A DNA stretch of 64,000 nt from Podarcis muralis. Lineage: Eukaryota. The notes under the pieces are model-generated. The model was not told the DNA's origin. It did not search any database and saw only the letters and a list, made by a program, of their open reading frames with translations. Position numbers and translations under genes: made by a program. The stretch is taken from the NCBI RefSeq assembly GCF_964188315.1, contig NC_135656.1, positions 51,274,001-51,338,000 on the forward strand, given 5' to 3'. Shown piece after piece: positions 37,645 to 49,950 of this stretch (position 1 is its first letter; every line of letters begins with the position of its first letter).

Positions 37645-37790
37645 ACCTTTTAAATGCCCTGTCCTGAATCTTCCAATACTCAGCTTGATTGGATGGCCCC
37701 AGGTTCTAGCATTGGGAAGGAGGGAGAAAAAAGTTGTCTCTATCCACTTTTCTACACCATGTGCTATCTTATACACCTCTATGTGCAGGA
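37645..37790 (-). mobile_element. CR1 LINE 3' region remnant
   Basis: tgtcctgaatcttccaa..cagcttgattggatggccccaggttctagcatt..tctctatccacttt; homologous to 17955-18140. Confidence 0.7.
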
Positions 37791-38019
37791 CGTGCACAGC
37801 TAGCCAAAAGATTTCTGTGTTCATCACCCATTAGTGTTATTGGGGAAAGCCACTTGCAAAACACTGCAAGATGAGAGAGATAGATAGAGGGGGGGGGGGC
37901 TAATTGTTTGGCCATGTGCCACAAATCCTGTTAAATGTGTACACAATCTGTAATCTGGGTTACTTTGAAATCTCTAGACTTCAAAGAACAAATAAAAAAG
38001 AACCTGGCCTTTAGGGCAT

Positions 38020-38500
38020 AATATGATGGGTGTCCTCAGAATCCCAGATAGTTTATCATCAGAACATGGAAGGCAGCCTTTTCCACATCCCCAAATCTCA
38101 CAGCCTGTTTGGGTACCTCCCAGACCTTACTGTATACAGCCTTTATGTCCCAACTCACCCATCTACTTTAATATATTTTTGGCAGCAGGCAAAGACTTTT
38201 TGTTCTCCCAGGTCTTTCAACTTCTATTAATATTCTTTAAACACATTTATTTTAGCCTCTGTAAAATAATGGCAGTTTGGCTAGTTTTGTAGCTGGACTG
38301 GGTTGCTAAGATTATGATGTGTGTCTATGTTGGATATTATGGTTGAATTTTATGTTATTGTTGGGTTGATTTAATCAATTTCTGTTTAATTGAATTGTTA
38401 TAGGATTTGTTTCCATTTTTTTTTCTATTTTACTGTGTTGCCCAGAGAATTTTTGTTGTTATTGTTGTTGTTAATTAGGTGACTCACAAATAGACTATAA
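38020..38500 (+). mobile_element. Old L2 3' remnant
   Basis: ggcagcaggcaaagactttttgttctcccaggtcttt followed by a T-rich 3' UTR; boundaries approximate. Confidence 0.5.
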
Positions 38501-39396
38501 TAAATAAAAATAAGCTCCATCATTAAACAAAAAATTACCTTCACTGGCACAAAGAATGCTCAAACAAACTGAAATAAATTGGGGTATTGTTGCATAATTA
38601 ATTACAAGCCACACAAAAATCTAATTTCTGCTCACAGAATTGTCCTTCAGCACATTATTCTAGACTCCACAAGCAAAAAAAAAAGTCTTCGGGTTTAAAA
38701 AAGTCACAGGTAGCCTTCCCTGCTTCGACATCAAGCTGGTGCTGTGACTGATTTTCACCGTCACTCCACCCGTCCCTGTGCACAGCATTACATTAATACA
38801 AAAACCTTTATTTAGGAGCTATTTTCAGACCTGAGAGAAATGAGAATTGTAACAACCTGCAACACCCTTGATTGAATGCAGTTCACCAGAGCTGCTGGTG
38901 CTGCTGTTACCACCATATGGAACCTTTCACGCCTGCCAGTTTTTTATTTCGCACAACGCTTTTAAAAAATCTAATAATATCTGCTTTTCTGAATGTGATT
39001 ATATGCCTCACATTCACAAAAAGAAATTAAAAGTCTCACAAGGTGTTATAATTCAGGATCTTTCAAGACGACTGTACATTTTAAAAAGCAACAGTGTTGC
39101 AAAGAAGGGGCACTGTCCAAATCATTTGTTCTGTTAGCCCAAGGATGTACACTAGCACAACAAAACTTTCCCACTCTCCTCCCCACTGAGCATGCCCCCC
39201 ATTGCCCTAAATCTGCTCCAGGGAGTTGAGGGAACCCCCAGGACAGATTTGGGGGCAGAGAGCATTCTGTTCCAAAAAGCCTTCTACAGATGGAACCTTC
39301 ATGTATGTTAGCTACAAGCATTTTAGGTGTTTCCCTGCTAGAAGAACTGACTGAGTCCCATGATGTTGCTCCCAATCCACATAGGATGCAGAAGCA

Positions 39397-39527
39397 TCAG
39401 TCGGTAGAGCATGAGGCTCTTTATCCCAGGGTTGTGGGTTCAAGCACCGAGTTGGGTGAAATATTTGTGCATTGCAGGGAGTTGGACTAAATGATCCTCA
39501 TGACCCCTTCTACCTCTATAATTCTAT
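39397..39527 (+). mobile_element. tRNA-derived SINE with CR1 tail
   Basis: tcagtcggtagagcatgag..ccagggttgtgggttcaag (A/B boxes) then gcattgcagggagttggactaaatgatcc..ataattctatg. Confidence 0.85.
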
Positions 39528-40082
39528 GTGTTTGTTCATTTATGCATTTGGACACAAGGTACTACATTATATTGATAGTTTCCCCTCCCTTTAAGCTGAG
39601 TCAACACAAAATATAGAGCCAGAAAGTGACAACAACAGATGAGGAAAATTTTGTCCTATTTTGCATTTATCGTCTTTTCATACTGAGCCAATGGAAATCT
39701 TCAAGAACAGCAAAATGGCATACTGCTTGGGACACATAAGCAATCATCACACATTCAGTAACCTGTGCCTGCTGCTAAAGGTTTGAAGTCTAGATATCAG
39801 GGTCGTTTTCAGCAAACTTTTAGCCTAAAAAGAGTCTTTTGAGTACTGGGACTCAACAGGAGCTTTTCCAGGATCATTTCCACAGCAGGCGTCAAGCTGA
39901 GAAGACGATGATCCCAGTTACAAGGAGGCAGAGCCATGGTGCTACAGCAAGTAGAGCTAGCAGCAACTGTTGAAGGAATGAGGAAACGTTGGCTTTCCCG
40001 ATGACATAGGACTTTAATTCCCTTCATCCCTGACCACTGGCTATACTGTTTACGGCTGATGGGAGTTGGAGTCCAACAACAT

Positions 40083-40200
40083 CAAGGTTGTGAGTTCAAG
40101 CCCCACCGTTGCACAAAAGATTCCTGCATTGCAGGGAGTTGGACTAGAGGACCTTCACGATCCCTTCCAATTCTGCGATTCTACAATTCTAGGATTCTAA
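40083..40200 (+). mobile_element. tRNA/CR1-tail SINE 3' part, fused to a hAT MITE fragment (~40020-40082)
   Basis: ggttgtgagttcaagcccc..attcctgcattgcagggagttggactagagg..(attcta)n. Confidence 0.8.
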
Positions 40201-40799
40201 CATGTAGAAGAACACAGGCTTTCCATCTCTGGTCTACTGGAAGATTGAAACTAATCTAGAAAGTGCACAACTTTTTGGCTGGATGAGGGTGAAATCTAGC
40301 TAGGCACAGAATAGGTCCGAGGACTGACTCTTAGCACTGCAATATTTACCCAAAGGATGCACCATTACTGCTGTCCCAAACCAACTGAGCCTAGGTACGT
40401 TCTGCTTTTTCGTGGAAAATGTAAGGATGTAAGGCACTATCTTTAGAATATGGTAGCCCCTCCTAGGGTGTTGCCTGCCAATTAAGAAAATACTCTCTGT
40501 GAGGTCCACAGATGTTGAAACACATGTTCACATGCCAGCCAGGACCTAACCACAAAGCCCCTAAAGGCAAGAAGGCAGATGAAAAGGGAGAAGATATAGG
40601 ATAGTGGTACATGCTGTATAAACAAATAAGGCTTTCCTGTTTGGGCCCTCGTATCACACTAATTAAAAGATCCCTGCAAATCAGAAAATCTCCTGACCCA
40701 AGTCCTCAAATTGGCTAAACACATAACTGCTGTCTGTAAGTGATACTGAATTATGTCATTGACTGAGCTAAGTCATAAAACCGCTCCATATCTGCTGTA

Positions 40800-40992
40800 C
40801 AGCTGGGGAGGGACGATAGCTTAGTAAGATAGCATTTGCTTTGCATGCAGAAGGCCCTGCCAATCTGAGATAAAAGGACCTCAGACAACATGTGAAAGGC
40901 CACTGCTGAAGACCTCAGAAAGCCACTGCCAACCAGAGTAGACAGTATTGGCCTAGATGGATAGTCTGACCTGGCATATGACAACTTCCTGT
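40800..40992 (+). mobile_element. tRNA-derived SINE with CR1-like tail (second family)
   Basis: atagcttagtaagatagcatttgctttgcatgcagaagg..ccactgccaaccagagtagacagtattggcctagatgg..tgacctggcatatgacaacttcctgtg. Confidence 0.7.
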
Positions 40993-43109
40993 GTTCACCT
41001 GCGCCCCCCTCAGATCTGCATCAAAGGAGTCACTTCTGTTTCCTGCAGCGCACAATTTGAAGCATTCAGGCCTATGAGTCATTGGAACTTCCTTTGCCTC
41101 TGTGACTTTCACTCCTCCCTGAGGTGATAGAATGCTTTCCTAATTAAAAAATAAAAGTGAATTAATTACCAGAAAGATTTTGCACAAAGAATGAAATCTT
41201 TTCCAGCAAAATGTTTAGTGGAGCTTCAGGCATTTCTTAAGACGAAAACGTTGATGGGTAAGGTGGGAGCTAACATCCTGCAAAAGCCAGTTTGTGCATT
41301 ATTTCAAGCAGGTTGATGAAGGCAACATTTTGTAAACCCTCTAAGGGAAGAACCAGGCATTATGATTAAACACAGGGCTGCCACCCACCCCACCCTGCCC
41401 CCTAAATAGTAGTCCTCATCTGAATTCTCCTCCTTCATGAGAAGAACGGCTATCATGATCTTCATATTATTGGGAACACATTAACATCATCATGTCACAG
41501 CACAGGGTAAGTGATACTACTCATTGCAGAACAATAGAAAGAACTTAACACAGGGGCTCCCATTTTTGACAGCAGCTCAGTGTTTCCAAAGTAGCTTTGA
41601 TTGGAGCTCAAGGGTCAAATCTTTAAAAGTAAAAGATGCTCTGATCTCTGGACCTACCTCCACCCCCCACCCCCCAAGCTTGATATTTAATTTAAAAAGA
41701 AACAACCCCCCCCCCCCAAGGCTAATGCTTAAAAATTAACATTGAGATGATCAAGTGTCTACAGTCCTTTGATTTTGACATTCAAATACAGGGCTGTACA
41801 GTCCCCTTCTCTGGAGTCTGTTTTGCACACACATAGACTGAGTCATTGCAGAAGTGCACAGTTTAATGACTCATCTTAAGCCTGGCCCTTATATTAGATG
41901 GATTAAAAGGATACTTTTCATCTCACAATGCTGCTGAAGTATGTTGCACCTTGATTCACAAATGACAATGTATGTTTGAGAACCAGATTATTTTCAGCAT
42001 TTTCCTTTCCTCATAATGCATTGGGATCATAAAAGGAGAGGGCCTTATGAGAACATCCAAAATGGACTGAGAAATGAGGCATCTTAAGAAAGGTGTACAG
42101 TATACATACAACTTGTGTACATTTGAGTCACACCCTTGTGTGGATGAATTAGGTGACCATACACAAGAAGCAAATATCTGAAACACCAATTTCTCAAGTT
42201 ATTCCAACATGCATTGGCAACCATTCTGCAATCCTAGCTATACTTACTCACAATTAAATCCCACTGAATATAGTTGGACTATGGCTGTAATTCTATGTGT
42301 GTGTACTTGGGAGTAAGCTGCACTCAGGTGCAATGGCGCCCACCTGAGAGGTGCCAAACTGAGTTTCAGCAAGTTCCGGCTGGGGAAAAAAGCCCTGTTC
42401 CTACTAGCATTGCCCATTGCAAAGATTTGTTTACAATAACTATTACAATTACTATTTACTGTCTCTCTCCTCATCCATACAGGCAACCCTGAAAAACATG
42501 CAAACAAGGAAAAGGAAAAGGAAAAATAAAACTTATTTGCACAACAGGTTAACGGGAGGCCTTTCCAGGCTGACCACAGGGAAAATGAGCTTAGAGCCTT
42601 GTTGACAAGACTGTGCCAAATGTGTAACAGCCTTACAAGCCTTTGATCGTAAGTCCTGAAAGAAGCAGAAGCGCAGCCAGCTGAGCAAGTGATCTTCCTT
42701 TCGTCAGTGACCTTCCCTAACCCAGGTAATTGGGTGTCCTACTTAGCTTAATCCCTGGATATCCTGGGTTAGAACCTAAAAGACTTCCCTGCAGTGCACA
42801 ATGCTATAATTAATCCACTGATTTTTTTTCTGAAGAGCTTTGGGCTATATTTCCCCTTTAGTTTGCTAGCTAATTAGTGATTCCCATCGCAGAGGTTAAA
42901 TAGCATTAGATGGCACATGGAAGGGAAAGTGTCTAGTTAACGATTTCAGGGAGCATGACGGTAGGACTGCACTTAAAACACAACTCAGCGGCTGCTAAAC
43001 CCAAAGAAGGTTAAGAGGTGACATATGGCTATAAAAAGCTGCCTCGCATTTAGACACAATCCCTCCACTGCTCTTATTCAGCACCACCTTCATGAGCAAA
43101 GTACTATGC

Positions 43110-43555
43110 ATATAGTTTGAGATCAGGGATATCTGAATGGCCACCTCTGTTCATATGAACCTGCCTGTTTCTTGATATCTTTGTCCAGATGCCTTACTCC
43201 AAATGCAGCCACCAGGTGCAGGGGTTATGAATGTGGAAGCAGAGACTCAGCCCTGTTATGGTGGCACCCTAGCTGTCAAGTAGACCACCATGGACACTCA
43301 AATGGTACCTACGCTATTATCTTTTAGGCACCAGACAAATTTATTTTCTTGAGCTTTTAATGGATGATGTGTTTTGTTTTTCTTTCAATCACTGTTTTAT
43401 TACTGCTCTTTTATTAGTACGTTGCCTAGGAGTTTTGCCGGCTGTGAATCTGTATTTTATTTTTTGCTCTAAAATGATTAATTTGTTGTTTTTATTGCTA
43501 TGCACTTTGTTTTATACCAAAAGGCAAGATCAATAGGTGATTAAAAGATAAAGCA
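43110..43555 (+). mobile_element. Old L2 3' remnant
   Basis: atatgaacctgcc..gtggcaccctagctgt..ttttaggcaccagacaa followed by a T-rich UTR. Confidence 0.65.
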
Positions 43556-44469
43556 TTAAAAAAGGCTTCTTCAAGTATGGTGGGATACATGCGATACAGT
43601 ACGGCTGCCATTTGCCTCTCCAGAGCCAAAGCGCTTCTCTGGTAATATCCTATAATCATTCCATTTACTAGGAAAATAAAAAAAAAAGTGTAGAAATCAT
43701 TTGGGCTATCATCTTTTTAAAAAACCTCTTTCCTTTTCTATGCTTGCAGTGAGGTTATATATTATTCTGATCAATTGATTTGCCAACTAAAATACCGCTA
43801 GATGAGCACCCACTTTTCTGCTCTCACAGGTGACAAAACAACTCATCCTTGACTGAGACAAATAACTTTGCCACCTCATTAAGGGCAAATACTTCTGATG
43901 CTGACCATCTGGGCTGTCCAGAAAGAGCAAAGATGCTCTCAAGAGCAAGCCAAGAAGCAGAAAGAAATGTCCTAGAGTAGAAACTTTTGTTCCAGGAGAA
44001 CAGGGTGTACCTTTTTCTAAGGCTTTGACAAGGCAGTGTGCTGCAGCCAAAGAGCCTGACCTCCCCTGGATTATTGTCACATTTGCTCTGATGGGAGGAT
44101 GGGATACTGATCTGCCAGCAGCCGTTTCACATCTTTGGCTTCATCTGGCTTTTGCTGTTGCTTCTCATCTTTAGAATGGCCGTCCTGACTGGGTAGGTCA
44201 AATGGAGCCATTAGCAGGGGGAAATCATGACCTCCTTCCAGCTCCACTAGAGTGAAATAGACCTCACTCATAAATCATGTTTAAAGATCATTACCCTGTG
44301 AGTTAGAGAATAGCATGGAACAATATCATCAATTCCTTGCCCTCTGGCATGTGTGGGATGGAATTACCCCAAATTACCAGCACCACTGGGTTCTCAAGCA
44401 CATACTCAATGTGACAGTGCAAAAAGTCATAGTTTTGGACCTCTGAGAGTGTATTAGCTGAAGATCAAC

Positions 44470-44990
44470 ATTTATAACCTCAAATCAGAGCATCCCAAGA
44501 AGGATTGTTTTAGGGTTTGGGGTAAAGTGTATCCCATAACTTCCTGTATTGTGTTCGGTATTATAGACCAGAAACTTTTTACTTTGCTATAATTCCAGAA
44601 TATATGTATGGAATCTGCTTTCCTTCTTTTACATCTGCAGCAGTACATGTTTGTGTTGTAAATTCTGCTTGATCTGTGTGGAGGTAAGTATTATTGAAAT
44701 ATAACTTTGAAATAGTTTTCTTCAAGATTTGCACTTACAGTTAATGATGCATTGTTTCCAAACATCCAATCTCATTCTCCTTGTAGAATGGTGAGATTAA
44801 ATTTTGAGAGGTCCCATTCCCATTTTCTTTTGTATGATGGATTTGTTTGATGTCTTTTCAACTGTGATAATATTGAATATATTTTTGTGACAGCTGTCTG
44901 TCAAGACCTCATTTTGGAAGCTTTGGGATCATTTATTGATGTATAAGCTTACTCACCGCAAGTAAGTTGTTAGAGGTTATTCAAAACCCG
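44470..44990 (-). pseudogene. Ancient L1 ORF2 C-terminal remnant
   Basis: Minus-strand translation KRKWEWDL..GE*DW..EENYFKVIFQ*YLPPHRSSRIYNTNMYCCRCKRRKADSIHIFWNYSKVKSFWSII..NPKTILLGM is colinear with the young L1 at 3253-3893, with in-frame stops. Confidence 0.8.
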
Positions 44991-45169
44991 AAAAGCTATA
45001 TGAAATCTGGTAAATATTTAAGTTATGTTAATGATATATTATATGTCCCAGACCCAACGCCACCCACAGATCATTCATTATAAGACCTTGATGTCCTACT
45101 AAGTAAGAAATTTCATTTTAGTTTGAAGGCTTTCTGTTTCTGTACTCTATGCATCATAAAGCACATCAA

Positions 45170-45295
45170 GAGCACATGACTTCCCCTAACAATTCCTGGG
45201 TACTGTAGTTTGTTAAGGGTGCTGGAAATTGTAGCTCTGTGCAAGGTAAAGTACAATTCCCAGAATTCTTTGTGGGGAGTCATGTGCTTTAAATG
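45170..45295. mobile_element. Palindromic MITE (agcacatgacttcccc family)
   Basis: Terminal inverted agcacatgacttcccc / ggggagtcatgtgct; second copy at 63516-63647. Confidence 0.75.
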
Positions 45296-45999
45296 TGTTT
45301 TGTTTATGCATCCTAAATTGATAAGTGTAAAAGAGTATATAGCAGAAGGCTGTGGTTAACTTGTGCATGGTAAATGACTCCCTTGATCTCATAGCCTCTA
45401 CTGAGGAGCACGGCATGCTGTATACTGTTTATTGTAGGTGCTATTGGGTTGCTCAAGGATGCATTTGATAACGACTTTCACAGTTGTTTCAATAAGTCTA
45501 TATATAGTAGTCCCTGTCATAGCACTCTTCTAATCTGAAATTTATCACCTCCAGGCTGTTATGTCCTGCCACCTTATCCAAAGCATCAGTACACTTAGCA
45601 TTACTTACTGCCTTCTTTGTACTCCCGTGGTAGTTGGGGGGGGGGGGGGGAGAAGCCTTTCTGTTAACTAGCAGGAGAACATAGAACTTTACCAAAACTA
45701 CAACGTTGAAAACATTGTAAGCAGGCTAAGCTCTACATTTCTCATTCTAATCCCAACTTTAAAAAAAGCTTTTTTCATTCAGTAGATTAATTTCAGTCTA
45801 TAGCATTTATTATAAATGAAATAACAAAATAATATATGGAACTATAACTATTAGAGTTCACTTATTTAGTTAGCTTCTTTCATCAACAATTGCTGTAAAT
45901 TTGTGTATTTATATTGTGTGCATTTTGTGTTGGTATTTTTATTGTGTGCTATTTTGGAAGTTTGGATGAATAACAAAGTGATTTATCTATTTATTGCAT

Positions 46000-46202
46000 T
46001 GACATCCCACCTTTTCATCCAAGGAGCTCTAGGTGATGTTCATGGTCCTCCCCTTCATCGTTTAATCTCCACAACAACCCTGTGAGGTAGGTTAGGCTGA
46101 GAGGCAGTGACTGGCCCAAGGTCACCTAGTGAGCTTCATGGCTGAGTGGGGATTTGAACCCTGGTCTCCCAGGTCTTAGTCTAACCTCCTAACCACTGCA
46201 CT
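46000..46202 (-). mobile_element. CORE/MIR-like SINE
   Basis: cacaacaaccctgtgaggtagg..gtgactggcccaaggtcacc..gggatttgaaccctggtctcc..ctaaccact. Confidence 0.88.
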
Positions 46203-47384
46203 GTATATGTCAATGATTAAATAAAACCATTCTGGAATAAGTATCTTACCTAAGTACATTTGCTTACACAAGAGTTACTGAAGCAGAGTACTGAAATTCT
46301 GGCCAGCTGTGGTGTATCATCTTTGAAAATAAATCCAGAGCTTGCAAAGCAGCCATCTTTCAGTCTCACATAGCTTCATAGACTTGCTAACAAACATAAT
46401 TTGTAAGGCATCTAGCTAAATGATGCAACTGCATAAAACAAAAAAATAAAATAAAAGCAAGGCTCCAATAGCAACAGAGAGCAGAAGGACAACGGCCAGG
46501 AAAGTACCACTCAAGATTCTGGTCTGCACCAATCGTAGCTAACCTTAGCATGATAAAACCACTAAATCTTGCACAAAACAGTGACAGACCACAAGATGCA
46601 GTGCAGACCTGCCCTCCACCCACCACTCCTTCTGCAAATATACTCAGCAGGTCATGAGAAAGACCAGCTGGTGCAGTCAAAGCCTTATTTGTATGCACAA
46701 AACAGAGGACACTATCTGCAAAAAAAATGGCCTTCCATTTAAAGGAGATATTATATAATCTGTCAGCAAGGTGAACCCGGGCAGATTGTTAAGAATAAGC
46801 ATAAAATACCCAAAGCTCAAGTCAGCTGTCAAGAATGGGTTTGTGTGAGAGGCTGCTGATACAAGAGTACATACTGTACGGATCTGACAAGATAAAACAC
46901 ATACGTAGGCAAGAGAAGCTGCTCGTGTGCTGTAGTAGAGCTGACCCAAGAATTCCTGGCACTGCAACCCCACTCACTACACTAGTCTATATTACCCAAT
47001 ATGCATATGTGCTCTCTGATCTCTGCAGAGACCATACCCAAGGGAATTCCTTGCGGAGAGCCAAAGAGAACATCACAGTCTTGATTGTGGGATGTTATGA
47101 TGCACAACAGGTTCACACAGCTCATGACCCGCCAGTGTTAGGCGTAAAATCAGGCCCATCTGTATCTCTGACCTAAAAATGCTTCCCAGTTAATCCAAGA
47201 GCCAGTATCTGTTCCTGTGTGTAGGAAACCTGTTAGAAGGCAACTAATTTATGTCCTTTATATAGGGTCACCATATAAACCAGAAAAATCTGGCTATGTC
47301 TGGGGGGTGGGGGCTAAATTGGCACTCGGGGGGGGGGGTTTCAATTTAATAGTAAAAATCCAGGATTTTATCTGTTCACTGGTG

Positions 47385-47495
47385 GGGAACCTGTGGCCCT
47401 CCAGATGTTGATGAACTCCAGACCCCATCATCCAATAGTAAAGAATGATAAGAGCAACATCTGGAGGAACACAGGTTTCTCATCTCTGGGACAGA
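47385..47495. mobile_element. Degenerate hAT MITE
   Basis: ggggaacctgtggccctccagatgttg..caacatctggagg..cacaggtttctc inverted halves. Confidence 0.65.
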
Positions 47496-47814
47496 GCAAG
47501 GCATGGGGGGAATCTTGTAAAGCAGGTGGAACAAGGAATGAAGACTAGACTGGAGCTGCTCTTTACCTGCTGCATTTCTGCACAACACCAGAAATTGAGA
47601 ACTGTTTGTGTATAAACATTTTTTTAAAAAAAATTCAATAAAATATTAACAGCACAAAAAATGGACAACACACTGCTTCCTCCAGCCCAATTGCTCTCAG
47701 TTCAAAGAGGATTCAGGCACTGAGGGAAAGGCCTGCTCAATATCAAAATGCTTTGTATAATTGGATTTTTGGAGTTAAAAAATTAAAAACTGGTGTCAGT
47801 GAAAGCAATGAATG

Positions 47815-48165
47815 ATCCGTGAGGAGTTGCTTCTGTCCGAAGCCCAGGCGGAGGCCAGGGCCATAGAACTCCTTCAGCAGAGACCCCTTGGGGGTACACC
47901 TATTTGATGTAAGTCATAGGGCCCCCCCATATTGTGGTTTTCCCTTAGATACACTCCCAAGCAGACAGACTGGAGTTAATTAAATGGCTTCATCTCCACC
48001 TATTCCAAACTGTTCACATCTGTATCTAATAAAGTTGTGGCCTATTTGAACCCCAAACCTATATTCTTCTGTCCTGTATGGTTCTTTCATCATTACAGAG
48101 GGAGTGACTGGGTCACGGGGCCTTGGCCCGCCATGGGACTTGTTGCACTGGTTCTCGCTAGCACA
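47815..48165 (+). mobile_element. Putative solo LTR (Gypsy-like)
   Basis: U3-like GC-rich start, poly(A) signal context ctaataaagttgtggcc at ~48027, possible CA end at ~48164; TSD not resolved. Confidence 0.5.
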
Positions 48166-48469
48166 ATTATTTAGTTGAATCTGGCCCTTTGATTTCTAAC
48201 TGTGTAGCCCAGTTTATGTGGAAGAGTCAGATGGCAATACAGATAAATGCATGTATTGTACAGCATTATAGGATATGAGTTACCGTATATAAGATCCTGC
48301 CTTACTGGGAAGTGGTAGGCTACTTGATCTTCAGGTTCACAGCTTTACTCTCCTGCCACTGGGAGAGACTGGGAAAACAAAAGGAGGAGTTGTTCCCCAC
48401 AGCCACCTAGGAAATACAGATAGAGGGCTGTTGTTGCTAAGCATCACTAATACCCAAATTGAACAAATT

Positions 48470-48763
48470 TGTTATGTACTGAAGTTCTCACCCTGGGCCA
48501 GCAGGGGGATACTGTAGATAGTTATGCAAATGAAGGGTCAAAAGTGTCGTTCAGTGATTGGATAGTTTATATGCAAATGAAGGATCGAAAGTGACGTTCA
48601 GTGATTGGATAGTTTTAGAAAGAAGTTACAGTAACAAGGTACTGGAGCTTTATATAAGCAGGCTGACTGAGGCCTTCAGTTCAGTTCTGTTCTGGCATCT
48701 GAATAAAGAAGAGCTGTTTGAAGAATTGCTGTGTCGTCTGATATGTTCACCCACAACTTAACA
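48470..48763 (+). mobile_element. Solo LTR, 294 bp
   Basis: TGTTA...TAACA ends; exact 5-bp TSD AAATT at 48465-48469 and 48764-48768; TATA (tttatataa ~48649) then AATAAA (~48700); duplicated octamer and CCAAT module. Confidence 0.9.
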
Positions 48764-49259
48764 AAATTGCTAAAAGGACTCTGAAAGTTTCCCCAGTCTT
48801 TAAAGTAAAACACCAATTACTTATACTCATTTGCTCAGGCTTTTACAAATTTGTTTCTTTTTAAAGCAAAAATGTCTCATTCTATTTCCCTTACAAGTTG
48901 CCTTTAGCAATCTGGAATGTGAGGGTTCACAATCAGTAAATGCAGACTGAATTTTTGGGACTTTAGAGAAAGAAACACAAAACCCCAAACCTCAGCACAA
49001 AAAAAGGCTTCAAGTTCCTAAGAAACATGTAGCTTGGTTTTATTCTCTGGAAGCCTTACTTCTGTTTACCCAGATTGGATGGACTTCCCTTGAATTTTGG
49101 TATGCTTGGCACAAACTTGGGGACTGAAAATCCAGCTGATTACTCCTCAGTTAGGAGAAGATCTTAACTAAAACCACTGAGCTAGAATCTATACCTTCGG
49201 CTAACAACAAGTTTTTCTTATAAACAGAAGAAATGGAAGATGCTGTAAGTAGAATGAAT

Positions 49260-49370
49260 GTTAGAAGGTTCTAGATGGACAAAAGGAGGTACTTCACATA
49301 GCACAGAGTGTTGGAATATTCTAGAAGAAACTTGTAAATGGCCTTGAACAAGTTGCTAGGCAACAGAAAA
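49260..49370 (+). mobile_element. CR1 3' region remnant
   Basis: gatggacaaaaggaggtacttcacatagcacagagt..ggaat. Confidence 0.5.
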
Positions 49371-49779
49371 TTTCCCCAGCAACAGGTGTTCTTATCAGGG
49401 CACGCAATCAACTAAGTCTGGGTCAGTGATGTGAATGAGTCAGCATTAGGTCTCCAGCCGGATAGCTAAAAAGAGAAAAAGATTATGTTTCTTTATTTGT
49501 TTTTTTCTTTATTAATGGCTAGTGTAAAGTTTTGTAAATAATAAAGACTCTGAGAAAGAGAACAAAATGGTGTTTATTCCTGTGATGGGAATTTCACTAA
49601 CTAAGAGATAGCTGGAATGCTGCTGCTGCTGCTGCTGTAAAGAAGAAAAAGATGGAGGAAAACTTTTCCGTAAAAAAAACTGCTGCAGAAAGAAATGAAA
49701 ACCCAAGAGTCACCAACAAGGTTATGGACCCTGGTCCAAATGTTCCCAAACCGAACTACGGAAGCCACCAACACAAAAA

Positions 49780-49950
49780 GTAATGATGGACACCAACTTG
49801 GACAGCTTTAAAAGGAGATTAGGCAAATTTGTGGAGGATAAGGCTGTCAGTGGTACTTCCCAGAAGCATCTAGTTGGCCATTGTAGAAAGCATGATGGTG
49901 GATCAGATGGACCTTTGGTCTGACCAACAGGACTCATTTATGCTCTTCTT
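49780..49950 (+). mobile_element. CR1 3' end remnant
   Basis: gatggacaccaacttggacagctttaaaaggagattaggcaaatttgtggaggataaggct..gatggacctttggtctgacc. Confidence 0.75.

Noticed and set aside
44077-44271. Protein-like minus-strand ORF (…DEKQQQKPDEAKDVKRLLADQYP…)
   Set aside because: No convincing splice sites and no recognised homology.
44641-44683. Plus-strand exon-like unit (ctgcag|…gtggag|gtaagt)
   Set aside because: It lies within the antisense strand of a decayed L1 ORF2, which explains the sequence.
45021-45060. YVNDILYVPDP resembling an RT YADD motif
   Set aside because: Isolated, on the opposite strand from the adjoining L1 remnant, with no flanking RT motifs.
48522-48616. Direct repeats as a CRISPR-like array or snRNA promoter
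   Set aside because: Eukaryotic context, only two units with no spacers, inside a TSD-bounded LTR, and no snRNA sequence follows.
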